A DNA stretch of 64,000 bases from a virus. Lineage: Duplodnaviria; Caudoviricetes. The notes beneath the pieces are model-generated. The model saw only the letters and a program-made list of their open reading frames with translations. It had not been told where the DNA came from and did no database searches. This document shows, piece by piece, positions 38,851 through 47,508 of this stretch (positions are counted from its first letter, which is position 1; each line of letters begins with the position of its first letter). The stretch lies in IMG/VR virus record IMGVR_UViG_3300010167_000010, positions 1 to 64,000 of that record, one strand, 5' to 3'. The position numbers and the translations under genes are program-made.

Positions 38851-38924
38851 TCCCTGGTAGCTCAGTTGGTATGAGCAACTGGCTGTTAACCAGTTGGTCC
38901 TAGGTTCAAGTCCTAGTCAGGGAG
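38851..38924 (+). tRNA. tRNA-Asn(GUU)
   Basis: ACTGG-CTGTTAA-CCAGT; TCCCTGG start; G73. Confidence 0.93.
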
Positions 38925-38929
38925 AAACA

Positions 38930-39400
38930 AAATCCCACCGCCCCCGGGTTTTAGAAAAACAAGCGGAAAGGGTATTGCGGGTCGTTAAACCTTGACGACA
39001 ACAAGGACGCAAGTTAAACCGGACGATGCTAATGGCGGAGAGTCTTAGCGGGACGGAATCTATATGGTGTAGGTAGCACATCGACCGCAATGTCGAAGGT
39101 TTGAGATCGGAACTCAATATAGAAAAATTTCAATGTTAGGATTTAGACCACGATAGCTTGGCGATCAGATGGCGTACAAATGAGTCCATTCTGAGCAAGT
39201 AGCGACAATAACTAGATTCCGGCGAAATTCGACTGACCGTCGTATAAAGTCAAATGAGTAAACCTTGATTAATGGTGCTGAATAGCTACAGTGATTAATC
39301 CGTAAATGTTCACGTGACGAACTGAGTTTGGCGACAAGTCTTTGTAATATGTCGTGGGTATTTGGTACCATTTACCCTGCTTCCGGAGCAAAAAATGGTA
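38930..39400 (+). ncRNA. large structured ncRNA, possibly GOLLD-like, with an embedded tRNA-like cloverleaf (39059-39123)
   Basis: ~470-nt GC-enriched stretch with no credible ORF, between tRNAs; many hairpins; embedded cloverleaf has a 6-nt anticodon loop. Confidence 0.5.
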
Positions 39401-39406
39401 CAATTT

Positions 39407-39482
39407 GCGCTACTGGTGTTAATAGTTTTGAGCATATCAGTCTTCCAAACTGGTGGGGAGAGTGCAAGTCTCTCGTAGCGCT
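39407..39482 (+). tRNA. tRNA-Gly(UCC)
   Basis: TCAGT-CTTCCAA-ACTGG; U73. Confidence 0.88.
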
Positions 39483-39601
39483 TAATACGGGAAACCGGGT
39501 GTTGTTGGTACGCTTCCAACGAACTAAATAAGTCTAGGAGTAGACAACTATTTTAGGGATTGGATCAGGATCTCGTGTTAAATCCGAGAAACCAACTTTA
39601 A

Positions 39602-39676
39602 GGGCTTGTAGCTCACAGTAGGTAGAGCGCGTGCTTTGCAAGCATGAGGTAGACCGTTCGATCCGGTTCAGGTCCA
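39602..39676 (+). tRNA. tRNA-Ala(UGC)
   Basis: CGTGC-TTTGCAA-GCATG; G3:U70. Confidence 0.92.
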
Positions 39677-39695
39677 TTAGTTAATTTAAAAATAC

Positions 39696-39840
39696 GGGCA
39701 AGTAGCATATCGGCAAAGTTTGGGGGAGTGCAGGAGTGCACGCTGATCTCGTCCATTTGCTAAAATAGTCTTAATGCGCTCCTGTCAGCCATGTCGACAT
39801 TGGCGAGGTAGAGAACTTGGTGCAAACCCAAGCTGGTCCA
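39696..39840 (+). ncRNA. expanded tRNA-like RNA with an Ala-type G3:U70 acceptor and a large D-loop insertion
   Basis: GGGCAAG/CTGGTCC-A; GCAT..ATGC D stem; CTTGG-TGCAAAC-CCAAG T arm. Confidence 0.55.
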
Positions 39841-40027
39841 TTTTTAATTTATAAGAAGTAATTTACAGCTGGGAGCAGCCATATATCATCTAGTAAAATA
39901 TTACGTATTGGATAGCCGTATGATGAAAAAATGATATGGAATTACTGGTAAAACTTGCTATCTAAGGAAAGCATTTTACCGCAGAAGTGGTCGATATGTT
40001 ACTGCGAATTAAAAAACTAATCGATTG

Positions 40028-40099
40028 GGTTGTATAGTCTAGTGGTTAGGACGGGAGATTGTCAATCTCTTAGCGCGGGTTCAATTCCCGCTACGACCG
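40028..40099 (+). tRNA. tRNA-Asp(GUC)
   Basis: GGAGA-TTGTCAA-TCTCT; G73. Confidence 0.92.
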
Positions 40100-40309
40100 A
40101 TAGTCGTGTAAACTGGAAATAGGAATGGGAAACACGACTTAAAATAATGGAACTGCCTTTCCAGTGCTGAAGGTTCCACCGTTCATGTTTGTTACCTCCC
40201 TTATAAAAACATGATACGGCATTCCGAGGTTTGGTGCCAAGCAACAAACTAGTAGGTGCAATGCAACTATGTATCGGAATGGTTTCCAAATAAATAAAAA
40301 GGAAATTTT

Positions 40310-40525
40310 ATGAAAGATTTTTTAGAAACAATAGGAACAGCTTTTGCTTGCGCACTAATTCTTGTTATAGGTGTTCCTCTTATGATTGCACTTGCTATTA
40401 TTTGTATTGCAATATCACCGCTAATTTTAGCAGCTTATTTAATACAAGTTAAAATATTAGCTAAAAGTATTGATAAATTTACAAAAGTAATAAATAGTAA
40501 AATAGCCAGTAATAACAAGAGTTAG
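40310..40525 (+). CDS. small membrane protein
   Basis: hydrophobic; RBS. Confidence 0.55.
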   Translation: MKDFLETIGTAFACALILVIGVPLMIALAIICIAISPLILAAYLIQVKILAKSIDKFTKVINSKIASNNKS

Positions 40526-40574
40526 CCCTTATCTCATAAGTAAGTGGAAGATGGAGCATTACCATCTATTGGCA
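40505..40574 (+). tRNA. tRNA-Met/Ile(CAU), degenerate D arm
   Basis: GCCAGTA/TATTGGC; CTTAT-CTCATAA-GTAAG. Confidence 0.6.
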
Positions 40575-40579
40575 AACGA

Positions 40580-40649
40580 CGCAGGGAGAATGGGTATTCA
40601 AGTGAGTCTCATAAATTCACCTCTGCTGGTTCGACTCCAGCCCCTGTTA
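40580..40649 (+). tRNA. tRNA-Met(CAU), initiator-like (1:72 mismatch)
   Basis: CGCAGGG start; TGAGT-CTCATAA-ATTCA; TTCGA loop. Confidence 0.72.
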
Positions 40650-40797
40650 TATGGAATGTAAACATAATTGGAAAGAAAAAGAAGAATATCCAAACAATGT
40701 AATTGAATGTACATTGTGTGGAGAAATTTGCAAATGTGAATATTTTATTGAAGTTGAACAAGACAATTTTGTATGTAGTGTTTGTGGGTTTAATTAA

Positions 40798-41652
40798 ATG
40801 TTTGTAACTTTAAAAGATATGGAAGATATATATCGAAAATATACTGGAAATAGAAATTGTGTAATGGTAGAAATAACTCAAGAATGTAATTTTAATTGTC
40901 ATTTTTGTAATTATAATCATGAAGGAAAAGGAAAAATTTTAGATTTAAAATTATTTGAAGATTTCATGAGACCTTTAGAAGGTCAAGATATTGCAATAGT
41001 TTTATTTGGTGGAGAACCGACATTAGAAATGGAAATGTGTAAACAAACTATTGAAATGTGTAAAAAATATGGTTTTTTAACTTCAATGTTTTCTAATGGT
41101 TGGTGGGGGAAAAATGAAAAAGTACTAAAAGAAATAGAAGAAATAAATTTTGATTATATTTATATATCTACAGATAGACTTCATGCTGAATTTGTATCTG
41201 CAGATATTATAGAAAATATCTTTAGATATTTTGAACATAATCAAAATACTAGAATTTTAACTATTTCAGTATTTGATACTCAAGAAGGTGAAGCACAAAA
41301 TAAAGATTTAGATTTTTTACGGAATTTAAATTTTGATGGTGCAAAAATGGCTTTAGCATTAAATAATTATTTATTTGAAGAAGATATTCCACACGAATAT
41401 TGCATGACCGATGGTATATTATTTGAATATAATGGAATATTAAAACATTCTTGTCCATTAGGTGCACATGCTTGTACAATTGGACACGCAAGAGATTTAG
41501 ATGGTAAAGCAGTTTATAAAAATTTTATTAGACCTATAGAAAATAGACTAATGAAAAAATTATTAAATATTAATGATCATACTGAAATATCTAAAATAGA
41601 TTATGAGAAAGTAGATAAATTATTAAGACCAATTAATGCAGCATTGTGTTAA
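40798..41652 (+). CDS. radical SAM protein
   Basis: CNFNCHFC, FGGEPTL, SNG, ISTD..H. Confidence 0.88.
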   Translation: MFVTLKDMEDIYRKYTGNRNCVMVEITQECNFNCHFCNYNHEGKGKILDLKLFEDFMRPLEGQDIAIVLFGGEPTLEMEMCKQTIEMCKKYGFLTSMFSNGWWGKNEKVLKEIEEINFDYIYISTDRLHAEFVSADIIENIFRYFEHNQNTRILTISVFDTQEGEAQNKDLDFLRNLNFDGAKMALALNNYLFEEDIPHEYCMTDGILFEYNGILKHSCPLGAHACTIGHARDLDGKAVYKNFIRPIENRLMKKLLNINDHTEISKIDYEKVDKLLRPINAALC

Positions 41653-41658
41653 TTATTA

Positions 41659-41730
41659 GCCCGGTTCGCTTAATGGATAAAGCCTGTGCCTTCTAAGCAC
41701 ATTCTGGGGGTTCGATTCCCTCACCGGGTA
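41659..41730 (+). tRNA. tRNA-Arg(UCU)
   Basis: TGTGC-CTTCTAA-GCACA. Confidence 0.92.
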
Positions 41731-41899
41731 ACTTCTTTTCTGAGAAAAATGTCATTATTCTTTAAGCCTGGAGAGGTTGAATAATGAAGATATGCTTCGT
41801 GCATACTCAGTTTAATGAGGGATCACAAATGATAAAGAAGTAGTCAGTCGTGCCCTAGACGAAAAACAACGGAAAACCAGTGAGTGGTAAAAACCGTAT

Positions 41900-41971
41900 G
41901 ATTCTATAGTGTAATAGATAGCACTACAGTCTTCGAAACTGTAAGTAGGGGTGCAAATCCTCTTAGAATCA
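41900..41971 (+). tRNA. tRNA-Arg(UCG)
   Basis: ACAGT-CTTCGAA-ACTGT. Confidence 0.88.
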
Positions 41972-42070
41972 TTATGAGAGAAGAAACTAAACTAAAAGTA
42001 ATGTTAGTATTTTGGCCTTGGATAACTATTTATTATTTATTCAGAACTTTAGTACTTTTCATTAATAAGC

Positions 42071-42142
42071 AATCGCGTCGTTCAACGGATAGGACACAAC
42101 ACTGCGAATGTTGAAATGATGGTTCAATTCCATCCGTGATTA
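42071..42142 (+). tRNA. tRNA-Arg(GCG)
   Basis: CAACA-CTGCGAA-TGTTG. Confidence 0.88.
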
Positions 42143-42317
42143 TAAATGTATAAACAATGTGTTAAATGTAGTAACTGGGAAGAAGTTACTGAAAAATGTT
42201 GTTCTGTTTGTAACAGGATGCATTTTAGAAATGAGAAAGAAGCAGAAGATGCTTTAGCTAAAGAATACTATTATTTTGTAATTAAAAGAAAAAAACGTAA
42301 GAGTTAATATATTTCTA

Positions 42318-42674
42318 ATGGTTAAAAAATACTTGCTTTACTTAGGTCGCTGGCAACTTAGTACACCAATTTTAGCCGGAGTACTTATCATAATGTCTGG
42401 ATTTAATCCAACATTTGCAACCATAATTGCCAATTTTATTGGAGGTTTAATTTTCTTTTGGATAGATAAGTTTATTTTTAGAACTGTATCTAAGAATCCA
42501 TTATGGGAAATTAAAGATGAAAATGTTTGTGCTGATTGTGGAAAAATAGGAATTGGTTATCGTATAGTTGAATGGCGAGGGTATAACAGAAGAAAAAATA
42601 AAGACCCTCAATTTAGATGTGAAAGTTGTAGAATATTAAAACTACAATCTATAAAAAAGAAGGAAAAATACTGA
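42318..42674 (+). CDS. membrane protein with C-terminal Zn ribbon
   Basis: RWQLSTPIL..ANFIGGLIFFWID; CADCG..CESC. Confidence 0.6.
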   Translation: MVKKYLLYLGRWQLSTPILAGVLIIMSGFNPTFATIIANFIGGLIFFWIDKFIFRTVSKNPLWEIKDENVCADCGKIGIGYRIVEWRGYNRRKNKDPQFRCESCRILKLQSIKKKEKY

Positions 42675-42733
42675 TACATGTTTTAATGACCGTGAGTCAG
42701 TGTTAATATAATAAAATATTAAGGAGAAACACA

Positions 42734-44212
42734 ATGATTAATGCTATCCAAAAAGAGATAAAGAATCAAGAAAAAAACGAGTTAATGCGATCAGAAAATG
42801 GTGCATTTATGTTTAAAACTTCGGGGCAAAATTTGCTCGATATGAATTTCCGTGTAGCGAGCTATCGCGGAGCTTCTGAAAATAAAATATTAAGTGATTG
42901 GAAAAAGGCTTTTGCTGATGATCCAGAACTTGCTGTAAAGTGGTTGTTTTATGTGAGAGATGTGCGAGAAGGTTTAGGTGAAAGAGATACTTTCAGAAAA
43001 ATTGCAAATTATCTTTCAGGTACTGAAGATAGATTCGTAAAATTAATTAATCAAATACCAGAGTTTGGTAGATGGGATGACCTTTTTTCAGTTTATGGTT
43101 CTAATAAGAAAGCTGTATGTGGGCTCATATCTGCACAACTTAATTTAGATAAGAAAAATATGAAAGAAAATAAGTCAATTTCTCTTTTAGCTAAGTGGCT
43201 TCCATCTGTAAATACATCTTCAAAAGGAAAAAGAAATCTTGCAAGGGAGATAGCAAAAGAATTATGTTTAACAGAAAGAAATTATAGAAAGACTTTAGCA
43301 GAACTTAGAGATTATCTTGACGTAATCGAAGTAAAGACATCTGGCGGAAAGTGGAATGAGATTAATTATGAAGCAGTTCCATCACAAGCGAATTTAAAAT
43401 ATCGTACAGCATTTTTCAAGCATGACGAAGAAAGACGAAGAGAATTTTTATCAAAACTTGAAAAAGGTGAAACAAAGATAAATGCTGGAACTACATTTCC
43501 ACATGATATTGTATCACGTGTAGCTAGATTAAGTAAAACAGATGCAGCATTAGAAGCAATGTGGAAAGCTTTACCATCATACGGTGTTGAAAACACTTTA
43601 GTTGTTGCAGATGGTTCAGGCTCAATGACATCTAGTATCCCAGGTACAAATTCTTCAGCTTTAGATGTTGCAAATGCGCTCGCTATTTATTGTGCTGAAC
43701 ATAATTCTGGTGAGTTCAGAGATAAGTACATCACTTTTTCAGAGAATCCACGTTTTGTCGATTTTAGCAAGTGCACAACTTTACTTCAAAAGATTCAGAC
43801 AGCTATGTCTCATAACGAAGTAGCAAATACAGATATTTATAGAGTGTTCAAACTCGTATTAAATACAGCTGTAAAGAATAATATGAAGCAAGAAGATTTT
43901 GTAAAGAATATTCTTGTTATTAGTGATATGGAGTTCGATCAAGGTACAAGTAATGCTTCTGAAAGTTTGTTTACTAAAATAGCAAAAGAATATGCAGACG
44001 CTGGATATGATTTACCACGTTTAATTTTCTGGAATGTAAATAGCCGAACAGGCGCAGTTCCAGTAAATCAGAACAAGTTAGGAGTAGCTCTGGTATCAGG
44101 TTTTAGTGTACACATCGCAAAGATGGTTATGAGTGGACAACTTTGCCCATTTGAAGCATTGAAAGAAGTCTTAATGGGTGAACGATATAAGGAGATTACT
44201 TTAGGGGGTTAA
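42734..44212 (+). CDS. DUF2828-family TROVE/Ro60-like protein with a vWA domain
   Basis: SENGA, RDVREGLGER, FGRWDDL, LAKWLPS, YEAVPS.A, PHDIV, vWA MIDAS DGSGSM, ISDMEFD, IFWNV, VSGFS. Confidence 0.8.
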   Translation: MINAIQKEIKNQEKNELMRSENGAFMFKTSGQNLLDMNFRVASYRGASENKILSDWKKAFADDPELAVKWLFYVRDVREGLGERDTFRKIANYLSGTEDRFVKLINQIPEFGRWDDLFSVYGSNKKAVCGLISAQLNLDKKNMKENKSISLLAKWLPSVNTSSKGKRNLAREIAKELCLTERNYRKTLAELRDYLDVIEVKTSGGKWNEINYEAVPSQANLKYRTAFFKHDEERRREFLSKLEKGETKINAGTTFPHDIVSRVARLSKTDAALEAMWKALPSYGVENTLVVADGSGSMTSSIPGTNSSALDVANALAIYCAEHNSGEFRDKYITFSENPRFVDFSKCTTLLQKIQTAMSHNEVANTDIYRVFKLVLNTAVKNNMKQEDFVKNILVISDMEFDQGTSNASESLFTKIAKEYADAGYDLPRLIFWNVNSRTGAVPVNQNKLGVALVSGFSVHIAKMVMSGQLCPFEALKEVLMGERYKEITLGG

Positions 44213-44216
44213 TATA

Positions 44217-44224
44217 ACTAAATA
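44217..44224 (+). promoter_or_regulatory. late-type promoter ACTAAATA driving the RNA array; same class at 992, 1205, 1657, 7526, 9006, 20283, 24643, 30667, 35977, 36652, 45747, 49261, 50242 and on the minus strand at 15252, 18156, 54960
   Basis: ACTAA[A/T]TA recurs before structural genes, mostly 10-11 nt from the ATG; resembles T4 late TATAAATA. Confidence 0.7.
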
Positions 44225-44256
44225 AATACGGGAAAATATTTTCCCGTTTATTCACT

Positions 44257-44880
44257 AAGGCGGGTTCTGCAAACCATACAAAAATCAGGATGCTGCCAAA
44301 CAAACAGTCGTCCAAATTTTGGGCGCAAAAGTAATTGTTTGGCTAGACTTTTTTGGAGTTTTTAAAGTCAATAAACTTTATAAATGACCAAGACCGTCTT
44401 GTTTATTAAAATAAGCCGCTGACGGGCGGTGAAATATATTATGTTAGGTGCGTTAACAGCAAAAACTACTTAAAAATCAATTTGGTAGATTTGTCTTTTG
44501 GAGGTTTAGACGTTAAAGAAAATTGCCACCACGCATCTAGTTTTTATTTTATTATTCCGATGCATACAGCAATTCAAACATACACTTAAAATGTAATTAA
44601 AAGTGCATCGTGTTTATTTTAGATAATGATAAACGACGGTTTATCATAAATTATAATTTAGGCGCTAACTGCAAATTAAAAAAGGTTAATAAAATTTCTT
44701 AAACAATTTTTAGTTGGTTCGATCCCGACAACGTAGAAATACGTGATTCTAACGCGTCTAGTTTTTATTTAATATGAAGGCCTTCTTAATCATTGTGTGG
44801 CCAACATATAAAAAGGTTCAAGCAGCAATTTAAACTTATAAATTATCTGTTAAATGATTATTGTTAAAATACGAATCTTG
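44257..44880 (+). ncRNA. array of five small RNAs (44257-44401, 44445-44540, 44558-44612, 44659-44761, 44813-44880), each a terminal stem + [A/G/T]C[A/T]GCAA
   Basis: covarying 7-9 bp terminal stems, conserved motif, T-rich spacers; anticodon-loop and T-arm mimics inside. Confidence 0.75.
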
Positions 44881-44905
44881 GCTCCCTTCGGGGAGCATTT
44901 TTTTT
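44881..44905 (+). terminator. intrinsic terminator closing the RNA array
   Basis: GCTCCC-TTCG-GGGAGC followed by a T run. Confidence 0.85.
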
Positions 44906-44910
44906 CTCAT

Positions 44911-44918
44911 GTTAATAT
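44911..44918 (+). promoter_or_regulatory. GTTAAT(AT) promoter-like motif, middle class; also 1818, 2597, 4070, 5140, 12382, 18168, 23362, 42303
   Basis: often 14-15 nt upstream of ATGs lacking an SD; precedes replication and recombination genes. Confidence 0.6.
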
Positions 44919-44988
44919 ATAAATAATAATCAATAGTTTGATTCTTCTTACAAAATAGACAGCTTTAAATTACATAATAAGGAGAATT

Positions 44989-45741
44989 ATGAAACCAATA
45001 AAATATGAAAATGAAGCCAGGGCGCCGATAGTTTTTTCTGATGAGGGTGCTGTCTGGCATGGTGAATTAAAATTTAAACCAGAAATAGAACAAGAACTTT
45101 TTTTAAAACAAGAAAAATTTTATAAAGAAAAAAATGAAAATAAACGACAACTTATTTGGAGAGATATGTTTACTCTTGTCCAAAAATATTCTAAATCTTT
45201 AATACTTAAAAAAATAAAAGGTAGACGATATGTTGAGCCTGATGAAGTAGACGATCAGGCTACTCAAACAGCTTTATCATTTATGAGTCAATATATTTAT
45301 AGACCGGGTTACCATGTTGGTGCATCATTTGCTGGTATGATAAATCCAAAAGTATTAGAAACTTTATATAAACATTCTAAAGAGGATTCTCATTATTCTT
45401 TAAACAGCATATTAGGAGATACAAATCTCGAATTAGAAGATATGCAAGAAAGAATTGGTTTTGAATCTATATATGGAAATAATTTTGAAAATCCCGGCGA
45501 TTTTATAAATAGAATATCATTAAAAGATACGCTCAATGGAATAATTAAAGAGTTTTGTAAAGAAGTTAAAAATGAAACATTTAGATTTAAATTAATGCTT
45601 TATATTCAGATTCTATTACGAAAACCTAAAAATAAACATACTCGACCAATGTTTTTTAAATACATAACTCCTAATAAAAAAGAATACGATTTAATACATT
45701 TATTTGAATATGAATTACAGAAGAGACTGAGCAATAATTAG
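44989..45741 (+). CDS. hypothetical protein, possibly a divergent phage sigma-like factor
   Basis: helical region-2-like pattern (LVQKYSKS..DDQATQTALSF...SFAGMI); lies next to late genes. Confidence 0.3.
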   Translation: MKPIKYENEARAPIVFSDEGAVWHGELKFKPEIEQELFLKQEKFYKEKNENKRQLIWRDMFTLVQKYSKSLILKKIKGRRYVEPDEVDDQATQTALSFMSQYIYRPGYHVGASFAGMINPKVLETLYKHSKEDSHYSLNSILGDTNLELEDMQERIGFESIYGNNFENPGDFINRISLKDTLNGIIKEFCKEVKNETFRFKLMLYIQILLRKPKNKHTRPMFFKYITPNKKEYDLIHLFEYELQKRLSNN

Positions 45742-45756
45742 TACTTACTAATTATT

Positions 45757-47508
45757 ATGATAACAAATTCTTCAGATTTAGTAAAGGCCCACCCTAATCC
45801 TAATATTACTCCCCCACAAGCTGAAGAAGGGAGATATGTTCTCCCAATGTTTATAAATAATGAAATAGAAAATAGATTCGTTTACGGAATATATGGTTAC
45901 GAATATCATTTGGGAGAACCATCTAATAATGTAGAAATACCAGAACCCCAAAGTAGATATAAAGTACAAACTAGAAGAGCAATTGATTTAAATTTAAAAT
46001 CTCAACCACATGGAATATTAGGAAGCTTTTTAGCAACTAAAGATACGTCAAATGAAAAAGAAGGTGGATTCTTCCAGAATGCTATCTCAAGCGGTACTTG
46101 GAAAACTACATTAGAAAGATGGAATAGAGAAAATTTAGCTATAGTTCCTGCATTTATTAGAGGTATAGAAAACTTAGATGATTTTAAAGATAATGCAAAA
46201 GACTCTTGGAATCAATTTACAGAAGGTCTTGGTGGTATGGGAAGTTCTATTGCTGATTTAGCAAAAAGATCGTTAGATTTAGTATTAGCAGATATGTGGG
46301 GTCCAGCTAGAAGTTTTAGAAAAACACCAAAAGAAAAAGCTATCCCTAGACCAATGGAAGAATTTCTTAATTTATTTAGAGAGAAAAAAGTTACTAGTCA
46401 AGATTTGATAGATTTTGAACTTTATAAAAAAAGCGAAGTTGTGCCGGAACATTTTTGGATTCCGTGGGGTTCAGATACTGTATTTGAAAGATTAAATCCA
46501 ATAAGAGGTTCATTTCGTAGGACAGAACAAAATATTCATAAACCACACCCCCAACGTAACAGAAGAGGTTTTTCTCCTCCAGAAATGATACAAAATATTG
46601 GTGCTGACTTTCTTCAACATAAATTTGATGCATTTTTTATTTGGAATTTTATGGAAGAAGATCAGATAGAAATGGACCAAGCAATTGAAAACGCTAAATG
46701 GTTAACACCTTATGAAAAACATATTTTAAGTAGAAGCGGGTTTGCAGTTAGAGTTGGTCAAATTACTGTGCCGCATATAATTAATGAAGAGTTTACTTTA
46801 CAATTTTTACAAACAGAAATTAAAAAAATAAAATCTACAAAAGAAATAAATAATCAATCTACATTCTCTATAAGAATGGATCAAAATCTTATTTGGTTAA
46901 ATCAAATAAACGAATTTGCCGGAAGAAAAAATAGTGTTGATGAAACAATATTATTAAAAGCTGATGTACATCCTTATATTAAAGCAGCTGAAAAAAATAA
47001 AAACTTAGAATGGCGATATGCATTAAAAACTATTGCAAAATCATGGCCGTTTCATGAGAGCGGTATTCCTAAAAGAATTAAAAAATCAGAATTATGTTTA
47101 ATAATAAAAATGGTTCATTTATCTAATTGGATTCAACCATCTTATCAACAAGATAATTTACCTTGGTTTGTATTTGAAAATGTACGGATATTAGGAACAT
47201 CTGATAAAATAACTTATAATAGAGAAGGTAATGATATATTAAATATGAATGTAAATTTTATATTTAGAAGATGTTATCAAATAAATCAGGGATTTATGAG
47301 ATCAGCACCAAATAGAAATCTTCCAATTAGAGATAATACTAATTCAGTTTTAGAAATTTCAAGAAACACAGATTTTATCGCTAATACTAGAAGAATCGTT
47401 GGTATACCACAAATACCTGCTTATGGAAAAATGTTTGATTGGAGAAATAGAGATCCTAATACTTTTAGAATAATGAGCGAAAGTCCAGCCATTAAGGGTA
47501 ATATATGA
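45757..47508 (+). CDS. virion protein with a C-terminal tube/baseplate-hub-like domain
   Basis: late promoter; C-terminal domain paralogous to the next gene (RV.QITVP...PWFVFENV..LG...F.F+RC). Confidence 0.5.
   Translation: MITNSSDLVKAHPNPNITPPQAEEGRYVLPMFINNEIENRFVYGIYGYEYHLGEPSNNVEIPEPQSRYKVQTRRAIDLNLKSQPHGILGSFLATKDTSNEKEGGFFQNAISSGTWKTTLERWNRENLAIVPAFIRGIENLDDFKDNAKDSWNQFTEGLGGMGSSIADLAKRSLDLVLADMWGPARSFRKTPKEKAIPRPMEEFLNLFREKKVTSQDLIDFELYKKSEVVPEHFWIPWGSDTVFERLNPIRGSFRRTEQNIHKPHPQRNRRGFSPPEMIQNIGADFLQHKFDAFFIWNFMEEDQIEMDQAIENAKWLTPYEKHILSRSGFAVRVGQITVPHIINEEFTLQFLQTEIKKIKSTKEINNQSTFSIRMDQNLIWLNQINEFAGRKNSVDETILLKADVHPYIKAAEKNKNLEWRYALKTIAKSWPFHESGIPKRIKKSELCLIIKMVHLSNWIQPSYQQDNLPWFVFENVRILGTSDKITYNREGNDILNMNVNFIFRRCYQINQGFMRSAPNRNLPIRDNTNSVLEISRNTDFIANTRRIVGIPQIPAYGKMFDWRNRDPNTFRIMSESPAIKGNI

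Noticed and set aside
24919-40289. ORF-track entries 24919, 26857, 30098, 35746, 38634, 38917, 39165, 39310, 39328, 40062
   Set aside because: They overlap tRNA, tmRNA, RNase P or other structured RNAs and lack RBS or phage codon bias.
44257-44880. CRISPR array
   Set aside because: The units conserve pairing, not sequence. Their lengths range from about 55 to 145 nt, and there are no cas genes.
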